Shown here in pieces: positions 10,835 through 22,765 of a stretch of DNA of 64,000 bases. Location: contig CM082594.2 in assembly GCA_040954595.2 (NCBI GenBank), forward strand, positions 3,829,319-3,893,318. The letters run 5' to 3'. How positions within the stretch are numbered: position 1 is the first letter of the stretch; each line of letters begins with the position of its first letter. This stretch comes from Balanoglossus misakiensis (taxonomy: Eukaryota; Animalia; Hemichordata). The notes below the pieces were generated by a model. It was not told the DNA's origin. It saw only the letters and a list, made by a program, of their open reading frames with translations, and made no database searches. The position numbers and the translations under genes are program-made.

Positions 10835-10985
10835 GGTATGGGAGATAACGCTGATCGTCATTGCCTGTATACTCCTGCTCGGCATCGCCATTGGTATCTG
10901 CACCTGCTGCTGCGTCTGCGTGGCCGGATGCTGTAGGCAGACGACCAACGTGTTTGTCAGACAGTCAACTTACCAGACGGTGTAG
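10835..10985 (+). CDS. Shisa-like protein B, exon 3 (TM helix, Cys cluster, tail ending RQSTYQTV*)
   Basis: TATAG acceptor; VWEITLIVIACILLLGIAIGICTCCCVCVAGCC; TAG at 10983-10985. Confidence 0.9.
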
Positions 10986-11012
10986 CTGAAGGACTCTGGG
11001 AAAATCACTCGA

Positions 11013-11276
11013 CAGGCCATTTTCCGATCTCCACGAGATTCTGCGAGACCTCGCGTGGCTTGGCAGTTATATGGGAGGACATTATCATGAAACACATGGC
11101 ACCCCAGTTGGCCCGGCCGTCTTGTTAAACGGCATAATATTTCCAATTCTTCTTACACTGCACGCCTTCTAGTTTCATTCAAAGCTTCAGTTGTATTATT
11201 TGCCAACAACCTATCACGAAGGTAACTACCCAAGTCTCGCGAGATCTCCCGACGCAGTGCGCGGAAAATCAACTAT
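11013..11276. mobile_element. Degenerate MITE-like dispersed repeat just after the stop codon of gene B
   Basis: 11013-11078 resembles the reverse complement of about 14697-14762; imperfect ends CCATTTTCCG...CGGAAAAT. Confidence 0.45.
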
Positions 11277-12445
11277 TCGATCGAGTGAATGCGATATCAG
11301 CTGATTCATTTACATATGCGAGGGAAAGGTCATAAAGACCACAGTGACTTTCGTTTTCAAAGAAAACTACACGCAGATCACCAATTATTAGTGACGCCAT
11401 TGTTAATTAACACGTGGTCAAGTATTCGCCTTGTCTCACAGCCTACTCACAAGGACGTTCGTTGCTGTTGTTTTAGTTTTTGTCGACGACTTCAGCGGGT
11501 TGCCTTCGCGACAATACTTTTTCAGACGTGAACTTTAAAATGCGTATTTACAACCGTAAAGCTTAGACTAGCTTTTTTATGAATTTATTTCACTTTGAAA
11601 TTATAAACTAGGGAACTGAATTCACGATTTTGTAGAAAATATACCAGATTTACTGAAATTGACGCAAGTGTTAGTTCTGCCGGAAAAGTACAGGCGCAAC
11701 TCTTTATACATTGGTCTGAACTGTTTTATTCGACATGTTGCATGGCAAAGTGAATGTCTAGAGTACACGAATTTATGAATCATTATCTATTGCAACAAGA
11801 AGGTCTCTATCCGTCTAGCGCCAGCCTGTCTGTGAAGCTACCCTGCGCAATATTTTATAATCTTCATTCATTCATTCATTCATTCAGCCTGAGCGTACTA
11901 GCTCTTTATTTGTAATATGCCTGGGCACACCGAAACTTGCTGATTATTGAAAAAGTATTTATTTAAATCAGCAGACACACGAGTCGCGCTTTTAGACAAT
12001 CGATATGGACCATTTAGGAAATATTTTACCAATTTTATTACGAAACTCAGCAACAACTTCAATTTTATTACTTCAAATAAACAAAAAGTCATAGACGCTC
12101 ACGATAAACATTCAACCACACAAACTTGTGCATTTCACAGCAGTACATATAAATACAGTATAAGAATTACATCCAGTATTGCGAATGGTATAGAAATATG
12201 TAAAGAAAGGGACTTTGAAAACAAAAGAAGTATATGAGGTAATGCTGAAAGGAAGTGACGTCACTGTACACAATACGATGATTTGGTGATGTAAATATTG
12301 TAAACACGAATCTAATATGTGATGTAGGTTTTGTGTGTTAATGTTTGACTGCAATGTGTTTAAATGGACAAATTCTGTACACATTTGGAAACGGATGAAA
12401 TCTAGCCTATCGCGTGAACATCAGCTCCCTTTAAAAAGTAGTTCA

Positions 12446-13479
12446 CTACACCAAAATCTCGCCTGATGCGAGAGGTTGACGTTCTTTCGAAGTCAGGTGG
12501 TTCGTCTCAGAACCCAGCGAGATTGACCTCTTTGTCGGGGTCAACTCAAGTGCTTTTGAGGTTATTTTCATAGAATGTTGCCTTGTGACTCGCTGTATGG
12601 CTTCCTTGGTGTTGAGCTCTCTCTTGCACAAGATGATGTAACATTTAGGTATAAAAATACTAATAAGCAAAGCCGCCCCGGAGATGATGTTGACCAAGCA
12701 TCTGAAGAGCGCCCTCAATTTTCCGTAGGTGAGAATTGAGGAGGGGTAGTAGAAGGACCAGACGATGAAGTATAAAACCATGGCGAATGTTATGAATTTA
12801 GCTTCGTTGAAATTGTCCGGCAGTTTGCGTGACTTGAAAGCCAGAATCAAGCAGACTCCCGACACGAGCCACGTGTACATGCTGGTGGAGAGTGAGAAGC
12901 CTACGTTTGAAGATCTACAGTGGATGTACGTCACCGTCTTGGACAGGTCGTCGTTCCGTTCAACTCCAGGGGGCGCCATCACGAGGAGAGCGACGACCAG
13001 GGCAATGTGAATGACGACCAAGAACATGAGAAGCAGAATCTGCAGCTGCAGTTTGGCAAATCGTCGTTCTTGCAGCGCAGACGGCAGCTTTGAGCGGAAA
13101 ATGGTCAGAAGTCGGTGCGTCTTGACGAGAATGAGCGAGACGGCGCTGGTGTGGAACACCCCTTGGACGATCTGCGCCTTGCACTGAAACCTGTTCGGGT
13201 GGCCGACGAATGAGAGGCAGCTTAGGAAACACAGAGCCAGGAAGACCAGCATCATCATACAGAGCTCCCGATTGGCTGCCTTGACGATCGGCGTGTTGCG
13301 GTTCATGGCGAATATGAGCAACGTTATGCACGTGAGAATGGTGCCGATCATAGCCGAGCAGACGGAGATGATTCCACCGGTTTCTGTCCAGGAAAGATAA
13401 TCCTGGATTTTCTCGTCGCAGTGGGTGTTGTTCTCGTTTGACCAAAATCCCCGAGGACATGTTATACAAACCGGCAGGT
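12446..13479 (-). CDS. Class C GPCR, CaSR-like: last coding exon (end of cysteine-rich domain, 7TM, C-tail)
   Basis: TAG acceptor at 13482-13480; DLPVCITCPRGFWSNENNTHC, TPIVKAANREL, KSRKLPDNFNEAKFITFAM, FIPKCYIIL. Confidence 0.96.
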
Positions 13480-14679
13480 CTATTTGGAAACAAAGAGAAA
13501 CGTGTGATATTTATTATGAAAAAGCAATAAATAAAACAATATACACAGACGAAGGGTACTGACGATTGAGCATGTTGCAATTTTTCCCTTTTTGTGGGAA
13601 TATTTGTTTTGTCGAAAAATATCAGGTACTTTGACAGCATCATAATGTTACACATTGTTCAATATTCATACACCATCGAATTCAGTGCTTTTGCTAAACG
13701 GTCAACACACACGCGTTCTAAGGTGGCCTCGTTGAAAAACTAGTATCGAATTCCCGCAAAATAGAACCCTTGTACCTTGGCCATGACATTCACCCAATAT
13801 GCATAATTGGATGCTGAATGTACTACTAGTAAGTATGCAAGACGTCGTGTTTGTGCATAACAACATACTTGGCAGGGCTGATTTTAAATGATATCGACCT
13901 TTGACCTTTGGTATTCAAGTAAATCCTCTGACCGAAATTTTTACGAACATCTGGTGCCGCGAAATCCACTGTGACAGATCTCATTTCACCGTTCCACAAA
14001 ATACGGTTACAGTATTTTGAAACAATTTTCCTTTGAATAAATCCTGGCGCCTATCTGATTGACCACAACAATGCATTCTCATTCCATCGAAAATTAAGTA
14101 GTATATTAGCTGCTTTTTTAATAAACGCGCCATATTTTGCAAAATAAACATAAACGATAAAATCACGTTGAGGTACAGTTCACGCCACCGCTCTATGCAA
14201 AATTGAGAGTGTGCAATGCGAAACATAATTTTATATCGAATATATATAATATAAAATAACGTCCCATTAATCTTAATTATGACTCGAACATGAAACCAAA
14301 TGCTCACTGTGTGTACCCCTCAAGCTGTAAACAATAATCATGGTGATTTTAATATCCAGTATCAGGTACACGCATTACAATAGTTCCATTGGAACGTAAA
14401 TACGCGTTAAGTTTAGGTGCAAATATTATTCATGGAAGACTATTCTCCGCTGTAGTTATGGTCAATAAGCATCATAACTTCAAAAAGACACACTTTCAAC
14501 TTATTTGACTCCATTGCACTATAAACTTTGTGGTGGGGGTTATTGTGCTTGCACGTCGAAGGAGAAAAAAACAGAACATCAGCAAAATTCGTTCTTCGTC
14601 GCATTTGCGTGAGGACAAACGCAGCTAGTTTCGTTTGAGAGGCATAATTTATCACGATGGGCCATTGTGTTGTCTGTTC

Positions 14680-14762
14680 TGTGTCACATGACATGACCTC
14701 CACTCTAAACCGTCTAGTCACGCGGATCTCGCAGGGTCTCGTGGAGCTCGAAAAATGGTCTA
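14680..14762 (-). repeat. Second copy of the repeat end seen at 11013, inverted
   Basis: Reverse complement TAGACCATTTTTCGAGCTCCACGAGACCCTGCGAGA aligns with 11013 onward. Confidence 0.5.
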
Positions 14763-15830
14763 TTACACAACTCTGTGGCCGGCCGGGGCAGAAACAAAAA
14801 CGTGGATGGCTGACGGCCATACGGAAGAACGGATTTGCCCATTGTACTGGCCCATCCCGTGGGATGTGTAATTGTATTTAGCAGATGTGTAATTACACTC
14901 AGTTAAACTGATAGCTGATTGAATAAGTCTTTAATACCATTGCCTATTGAATTAGTTTGCCGTGTGATGTCATACCGCCCTCGGTGTAATTATCCATACG
15001 GCCCTATGTCTGGAAGCGTTGCGTGTGAATCTTACATATAACCATGCATGCGTCGTGAAATTCAGTGTGACAGAAATTAGTACAGCGGATGTAATTCTGT
15101 AACTTATACTTGACTACAGTGTGCCCGAGTCAATCATAGATCATCAATTATCGATAAATAATACCAAAACAAAAACAGGCTTAAGTATAGTGAAACATTG
15201 TCGTACGTTAACACGCTATGGAGAATTAGAATACGCTTGAATAATTAAGAAACGCAGGTTTGAAAGTTGCATTAAGTATGCATGACTTGTCCAGAGCTGT
15301 CACAATACGGCGTGTTGCTTATGCTTTGTATAATAACATTACTTATACATAACCTGCCACCAAGAAAATTATATCCATAAAGCACATGGATCGGTTACAG
15401 GCAACCAGGCATGGTAAATCTGTGAAGTTATGATTTATATCTCTCCAGTCCAGTATATCAGGAGTTGTTTTCTTTGTCCTGTCTACTCAAAGTTCCAGCC
15501 TTAGTTGTGGCATCCCTGTGCAATTTTCAAGACGTCATCTTATTGCATTCTTTCTGGCCCGACGTTACAAACATACAGCAATGTTAAAAGCTGCGGCAAC
15601 GATCGATGCAGTGATCACCTGTTGGTGACCTATCGATGCATCGCAAGTAAACACTAGACCTAATTTATTTTTGGGAGGAGGGAGAGGGTTCGCCACAAGT
15701 ATTATTATCAATACACTCGTACATTTCATCCATTGGCACAATTTGTAAAACTGAGATGATGGTGAAAATACCATGAAAAGATTATACTACTGATGGCTTT
15801 CCCTGTTCTTATCGTGTCTCCATACTAACA

Positions 15831-15962
15831 AAAACCTCTCTATAGTGGCCAGTCAAGGGACTTTCCTAAACTGGCCTTTATAGAGAGGTGACCTTTATAT
15901 AGAGGTTAATTAACACACATGTGAATTGCACAGGGCCACTATATAGAGGTGACCGCTATGTA
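15831..15962. mobile_element. Fragment of a Tc1/mariner-pogo-type MITE (AAACCTCTCTATAGTGGCC..TATAGAGAGGTGACC subrepeats)
   Basis: Internal inverted repeat ACCTCTCTATA/TATAGAGAGGT and repeated TATAGAGGT units; superfamily assignment is an inference. Confidence 0.55.
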
Positions 15963-16067
15963 GGGGTAGCCACTAAGAGGGGTTTGACTTCATATTTATT
16001 CGTGTAAAGTTAACATGCATTTGTGTAACCTTCATTTCAGGGGGAGAATGTATTAAAGCCCCATTAC

Positions 16068-16191
16068 CAGTCTGGTTTGTGATTTCACCCTCAGCACAAG
16101 GTACGCACTGGTGGCAGCACTTGGGTTGACCTTTCAACACAGCCCTCCTTGTTCCCGGATGACATGGGATTGCGCACTGAGACACCGGTAT
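16068..16191 (-). CDS. Class C GPCR coding exon 3 (nine-cysteine domain IPVSQCAIPCHPGTRRAVLKGQPKCCHQCVPCAEGEITNQT)
   Basis: CAG acceptor, GTAATG donor, 124 nt with phase 0 to 1, like the CRD exon of vertebrate CASR-family genes. Confidence 0.95.
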
Positions 16192-16359
16192 CTGTACAGA
16201 AAAAAAAATTGCAGTATATAAATTGTAGGCTTGTATTTTACATGCAGTAGCTAGCGTCAAGTGTTGTTGCATACAAATGAGATGAAATCCTCCAAAGAAA
16301 ATACTCGTTTGCATTCCGACTGTGCGTCATTGTCATAGTTCACAGAAATCCTACTAATT

Positions 16360-16362
<3 letters not shown>

Positions 16363-16406
<44 letters not shown>
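16363..16406. repeat. (GA)n microsatellite
   Basis: Directly visible. Confidence 0.95.
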
Positions 16407-16409
<3 letters not shown>

Positions 16410-17072
16410 CAGTAAAATGTGGCTGTACGTGTTGCGTTAACTTTACTATTAATAAAGACGGATTTTCAGAAAATCCAAAGATTGAGAGGGGTCACATTTT
16501 ATCCACACGCACAGACACCTGATTGAATTGATAACACCCCGCAATCATATTTCGGGATTTTAGACGTTCATTTTTCGTAAAATTCAATTCGACGCAGACA
16601 TTCCTTGCATGTGACATTAAATCCTTTCGGTTGCGAACAAATCATCAAGATGGTTTGTACAAATGAGAACGATAAAGTACAGAGCTTTGTGCGAAAATGT
16701 GAGAAACCAGAACAAGCAAATCGCCCATATTTTCCAGACAATGGCATTTCCAAAACGTCAAATCAATCAAGTTTTCACAATAGAATCGTTAATATTCCCC
16801 ACACGTTTTCGTATTACCGCAACCTGTTTTATTCACATATCTTTCATGGGGAAGACGTGAAGTTTCAATTTATGTCTAGATTATAAATTCTAATAATGCA
16901 TATAGGTCCAGGCTGTGACCATAATATACCTCTGCCCTTTGATGTTTTTGTAAGTACCCGTTTTGTGCACGAGCCTTACCAATATGTTAGTCAGTAATGT
17001 GGTTTACAGTTTGCTGGTTTACCTTATACATGCATCTCGACATAGCAAGTCTTTCTATTGGATTTTTTTTTA

Positions 17073-17277
17073 TTTAAAGGGGGAGTCGTCCGAACTGTGC
17101 AAGTGCAACTTCTTTGTTGATAAACACAGCATTAGCAATGTTTAGGAGCCAACCGACGCATGTTATATCAAATTAGATTGGAAATGTGAAGTAACAATGC
17201 ATTGTTTGCCATAATGTACATTGTAGCAGTTAGACTTTGCGCCCACAGCCACAGACAGGACAACAACCACCTTTTAA
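17073..17277. mobile_element. Possible TTAA-bounded non-autonomous DNA transposon (Kolobok-like), degenerate
   Basis: TTAAAGGGGGAGTCGTC ... GACAACAACCACCTTTTAA imperfect termini. Confidence 0.3.
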
Positions 17278-17367
17278 AGCAAAAACTAATATTTTTTGCA
17301 TGGTCCTGAAAAACTTAAACTTCTACATCTAACCGTGGATAGTAACGCTTACGTTTGTTGCACTTAC

Positions 17368-18095
17368 TTCACGAGAGAAGTCATTCCAAATGATCTTGCT
17401 GTCGTTGAGTCTTAATTTTGGCCCGTCCGTAATGCGATGGTCATAGTAACCGATTGGTACCAGGTTGATTTCTCGGGTATCTTTGTCGATTTGCCAGTTG
17501 ACCAGATGGTACATGCCCAGACCGTCGCCGTTCTTGGTGAACTTAAATGGTTGGCCGGATGTCGCGTCGTCGAACGTCACGTTCAAAAGGTAGCGCAACA
17601 GTTGCCACGGTTGCAGGGCGTGTATGTCGGGGCAGTGACCGTCTGCTAGCAACCCGGAGCCGTTCTTGCATTTATGTATGTTGTCCAGAGCGGTGGCGAT
17701 TGACAGTACAGCTAGGTAAACATTGTAAGCCACCCGGAAATTGGACTCCCGATACATGGCGAACTCGGACAACTTGGCGTTCGGCGGACAGACGGCCGAG
17801 TAGTGAGTTGTGTCGTAATGCTTATTGCCCAACATGCCGTGAAAAATAGTCCCCTGGCCTTTAATACTGCTCTTCCCCGTCAAGCTGCAGTGAAACGTGT
17901 TTTCCCACATCTCTGACAAAAATGGATTCTCCCTGGCGTACTTGCTCGTCGGGGAGAGCGTCGCCAGGTGTTGCGAAAATCCGGGTATCTTGCCCTCCAT
18001 CAAAAGAACACCGATGGTGCCGTCCACGACCCTTGACCCCTGTTCGGCCACGTCCCCGTTGTCGCCCCAAGACTCGCACGCGACCCACAGTCGAT
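17368..18095 (-). CDS. Class C GPCR coding exon 2 (C-terminal part of the Venus flytrap domain)
   Basis: TTTTCAG acceptor, GTAAGT donor; RLWVACESW, NPFLSEMWENTFHC, YNVYLAVLSIATAL, PWQLLRYL, YHLVNWQ; 728 nt, phase 1 to 0. Confidence 0.95.
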
Positions 18096-20010
18096 CTGAA
18101 AATAGAAAACGTACGTGCATGAGTTTGGATTCCATAGGTGATAGATTTCCTAGCACACAACACCCCCGTGCATGGGTGTGATGTGAACTCGTACATGTAT
18201 AAACCGCAGATTCTTTTGGACCCGAACAGGTTGTTGTGTTAATTAATATTCGAAACACTCAGAGTTATCTCAGGTTGCAATAAATATATTCATTCACTCA
18301 AAATCCTCAATTGATTAAGACCGTCTCCACGCTCCTGGAGACCATGCCACGACGGAATACTAACACGATTCGTGTTATTGATTTTCAAAAACAGTGACAG
18401 TTTTACTCTCTGCCAAAGTACTTATTCACAAAGCTGGAAAGGCAAACCCCGAGTGCACAGGCGTCTTCAAACATTTCTCTTGTGCAGTATATGTGCCAAT
18501 ACAGTAAAGGTCATTTGTCCTCGCCAGCGCTGTAAAACTTTCGATTATATTGGCAGTACTCTTTCAAAAATGGCATTTGACTAATCTCGACTGTTAAAAA
18601 AATCATTACAGGGCCTACAGCGATTGTATCAATATGAATTGACTTTTCCATATGGTGTTATCGTGCCCACAATCAGTCATTTGTCTCCTTCACTCAACGC
18701 ATTTTTGTGTATTACCACCTTCCCCTGGGAAAAACCCAAAGAGGCAGCCTTAGGCAACGCACCATGAGGCGCTATCAGCATCTTTGCGCAGTATTTACCC
18801 GGATCCGTTCCACTGAATGAACAAACAGTGATCTCTGAGCCAAGCTAAATTTTAAAAAATAAGGCATTTCCTTGTGAAAATGCCCAGGGGTCATCGGAGG
18901 CTGTCAGAGGTTAAAGGTCGCGTGATTCAATTACCCACCCGCCGCACTGACAAGACCGCGCGATAACACGGGGTTTAATCTCAATAGCCAGATGATAATA
19001 TCGGTGTACGTAAAGCTCCTTTCAACACCGGCGTTTCCTGCCACTAAAGTTCACAGTCCAGACAGCGACTGCACATTCCGCAATAATATTCATATTTCGA
19101 GACGGCTGACACACTGTTCACATACGAAGATAACACACAAAGGCACACAGCATGGCGGAATCGGACGTTGCGATTTCATATTTCGAAATCACTCAATATC
19201 TACCACAGTCTTTCATCGCTATAGTTACAGTAGAGGAAGAAAGGCCCTTCCTTCTGCGACCTCATCGAAAGGTCAAAGTAATCTGCATAAATGTTAAAAG
19301 CAATTTCATGTTTTGAATGAAACAATTTGTGTTTGTATAAGTATGATCTCTTTGGCGCTAGTCTTCCACAATAAGATTGGTGTGTATTACCATTGATTAT
19401 CTGAATATCGTCATAACAAAAAATCAAATACTACAGAGAGATACGTCGTATCAACAAATATATCTAATCAACTGATATTGAAAAGAGCAAAACTAATAAA
19501 CCTGGACTTATTGAAAAAATATAACGGCCCTGTTTCTTAGTGGTAGCTACATATAGGTATTTCTTTACATTTCGAAGAAATGAATGTAGCACAATTATTT
19601 CTTGGAACATAATTTGTGATAAGGTGAGCGTTAACACATTACCGAGACTCTTAATTCATACTACCTTGAAGTTCATTAAAAGAACTAAAAGTGTAATTTC
19701 ATTGCATGTTTGCCTAATCCGGGCCACACATGTTTGGCTATATGTCATGGCGTGTTAACTGGCTAACTTCCTAGATTCTGTTCCAACGATAATTTATTAA
19801 CAGGTAAAACAAAGTTACATTTAGTTTGATATAGTTTATCTTCATTTTAAAGATCTATTTGGTTGATGTAATGTAGGGTAATTTGCATAATTACTTTTGT
19901 CAAATGTCCAATATCTCAAGAATTACTTTACCTTATTTTATGAGTCTCTGCAAACAATTTGCTCACATTTTATTACTATGGTAAATTTGGTTGAGCATGG
20001 CCCGCTGATT

Positions 20011-20046
20011 ATTAGAATTATTATAACTATTAGAATTATTATAACT
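20011..20046. repeat. Perfect 18-bp tandem duplication (ATTAGAATTATTATAACT)x2
   Basis: Directly visible. Confidence 0.8.
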
Positions 20047-21319
20047 GAGCAATGTATCAAAACTGACTGATTGAATTTGGTCTAGATTTAAAGATATCTT
20101 GAAAATGTAGGGAAGATTTGATGCATGTGACATACTGACTATATTTCCATTTGCATAGTCAAGTTATGATATGCAATTTGTCATATATCAAAATGACAGT
20201 GCCGAATTTGATTAAACTTCAAACACATACATTGGTAATGATCGTATTTTCTTATGGTGATGATTTGAATGTATGCTTGTTATTAATGACATATATTTAT
20301 TGCGCGCAATTGCACCGATATCAATCAAGTTTCAGGGGTACATTATGGGGATTGTAATGTTTCTTTATATTGAAATTTTGTTGAGAGTGACAAAACGATT
20401 ATTATCAGATTTGTATATTTAGGATTATAGTGTTTATGCTTCATATCGGGACTGATAGCACCGATTGCTCCAATCTTTAGATCTTACTTTCCTCACCAAT
20501 ATCAGAATGTATTGATGTAAGTCCAATGCATACTTATTTTTTGAGGGAATGCTTGTAGATACGACGCATTGTAAACGCCACTGAACAACAGCAGTGGATA
20601 AGCATCGTGTCGTATCGTATAGTACCTTAAAACGTTAGCAGCATGGACATTTCACCGTCAAAGTCCGGCGTTCACCAGAACTACAAATACTGGCTGGTTG
20701 GCGGTGATATCGAATCACGTCGTGAAATGTCCTGAAGTGCATAAGCCATTTGCGTGAGATTTGCTGCCTTTTTCGGTTTTGACGCTGGTTACAAAACTGA
20801 ATCAAAACACGCCTTCCTGGCGAGCACAGTATTTCCTTTGATTTGTGTCATTCTATGATCAAATTTTATTCCCCCACCGGAGGCTCTTTAGTTTCAAATC
20901 AGTTTATCCCGACAGAAAGTGTCCAGCTAGCACAGTTCACAAATTGCATTAAACTCATAATATTTCACAGAAAGGGTTATTTTATTACGCAAGGAAAGAT
21001 AACGATATTAACGTCGCATGGTGGCCTTAGTCTTTTATAGCATAAAATACCGGCTGATGGAGTTGTTCAAGTTTAATCTGGTAGTACACTTCATAACTGC
21101 GAATAACCAGGCGTTGATGCAATTTATGTCCTATATAATGAAGTTGCCATGTTCAATACATACTTTTCACTGACAGACAAAGCTTGAAGTATTGGGTTTT
21201 GTAAGAAGACACCAGGCAGTCACATACTGGAGGCTATATATTAACAGAGTTTCTCTGTCGGGGGACTTTGTAATTGCATGATTCGGGCAGTGGTTCTTAT
21301 CCGTGATAACCGGGGTGTT

Positions 21320-21436
21320 AGGGAGCTTTCATTTATAATGGGAGGGGGTGGGCCGGAGGAATCGGGACAGGGTCACATATTAAAATGACCGACCCAAATT
21401 TTCTACCCCCACCCTCCAAAATAAATGAAAGCTCTG
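21320..21436. mobile_element. Short MITE with terminal inverted repeats GAGCTTTCATTTA / TAAATGAAAGCTC
   Basis: 13-bp perfect inverted repeat, continued imperfectly by GGAGGGGGTGGG / CCCCACCCTCC. Confidence 0.65.
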
Positions 21437-22446
21437 ATGAAACCATCGCTTCCTCTAACTTCAATCGTGATGTCACACCGACTCCACATTATTACGCCCC
21501 CGTTGCATGGGAATGAACTCGTCACTGGCTTTCTGAGAAAGTACATGGCTAATATCGAGAAACCGCTGTGTTTTTAATCAATCTTGACTTCAAAACCCCA
21601 ACAGCTTGCTGAGCCCTTCCTGGGGTAGCTCATTAATAGCGCGATGCGCACATTCTTCATAGCACACTATAATACACCGTTTTCTGACAGAAAAAGGTTG
21701 TTGACAACATAAGTGTTATAGATTCCCAGGTATACTAATATGCTGGCCGTTCGAAACAAAACTTCATCCATGATTTTATTTTTAATTTTCGAAGGAGAAA
21801 AGAGACACCATTGACCACATATCACTCAAATTATTATGATCCCCTTAAAAGGAACACTTTTTCTTAATGACAAAGTAATTGATACATGTTGCAAACTGTG
21901 AGAATGAATAGGCGCTTATTACTGATAACTGAATGGCGCCATATATCTCTGACAACGATACGGAATGCATCGCTCATAATTTGACGACAAAGAGCAACGG
22001 TTTCATTGTGTTATTGTATCCGAGATGTATGGTCTTCTGGGAATTTGCGGGAGAGGCACGGTACGGCTGGGTGATCGATTTTCTAACAATACAACGTTGT
22101 ATAATACATGTAATTTCCTGTATTACATCACTTCGTCAAAGCATGAACAGCTGCTGAAATTCCTTACATAATACCGTCTCGCACCTGTTCTAACTCCCAA
22201 CGGCTCATCGATAGCTTGAAGAATTGCTTGGCAACCGTGCACAGGTAAAGAAAGTGGTTGAGCGGCTAAAGCAAAACATGTTGCATCATCCTTCGACGAA
22301 GTGCTCATGCGCTGAAATGCTCTAGAAGTAATCCCGTATTACAGAATACATCCTTGGTTGTTCTCTCATTTTCAACTCGTGTCGGTTGCTCGGGCAGCTC
22401 CAAATTACTGCCATGAATTCTGGCTACCTGAAATAGGTTTTTACTT

Positions 22447-22765
22447 TGTGCTAGGGGGTCAAATCACATTATAATAATTGCATTCTGGGTAAAAGGTCGA
22501 CAACTCACTGTAGTAAGAGTTTGAAGAAATGATATGTTAATTGTATTTCATGACTTCCTTTGATCAACATTTTGCAGTTAGCATACTAAACTCATTCAAC
22601 GTATTTCACATTTTGTCACTTTTTCGGTTTCATAATGATCCAATTAGCTTATGAACTTCCATTTCTTAAACATGGTAAAGATCGGCCATCTTGAAATTGT
22701 GTCGACCATATGAGATTTTCATCACTCACCTAGGTGGCAGAAACCTATTTTAGGTAGTGAGAATT
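22447..22765. repeat. Dispersed repeat copy 1 (about 320 bp)
   Basis: Colinear with 25569-25900, starting TGTGCTAGGGGGTCAAATCACATTATAAT. Confidence 0.85.

Noticed and set aside
12960-13655. 231-aa alternative-frame ORF, and similar shadow ORFs over 17437-18196 and 61236-61886
   Set aside because: Off-frame or antisense shadows of GC-rich GPCR exons, with no recognisable motifs
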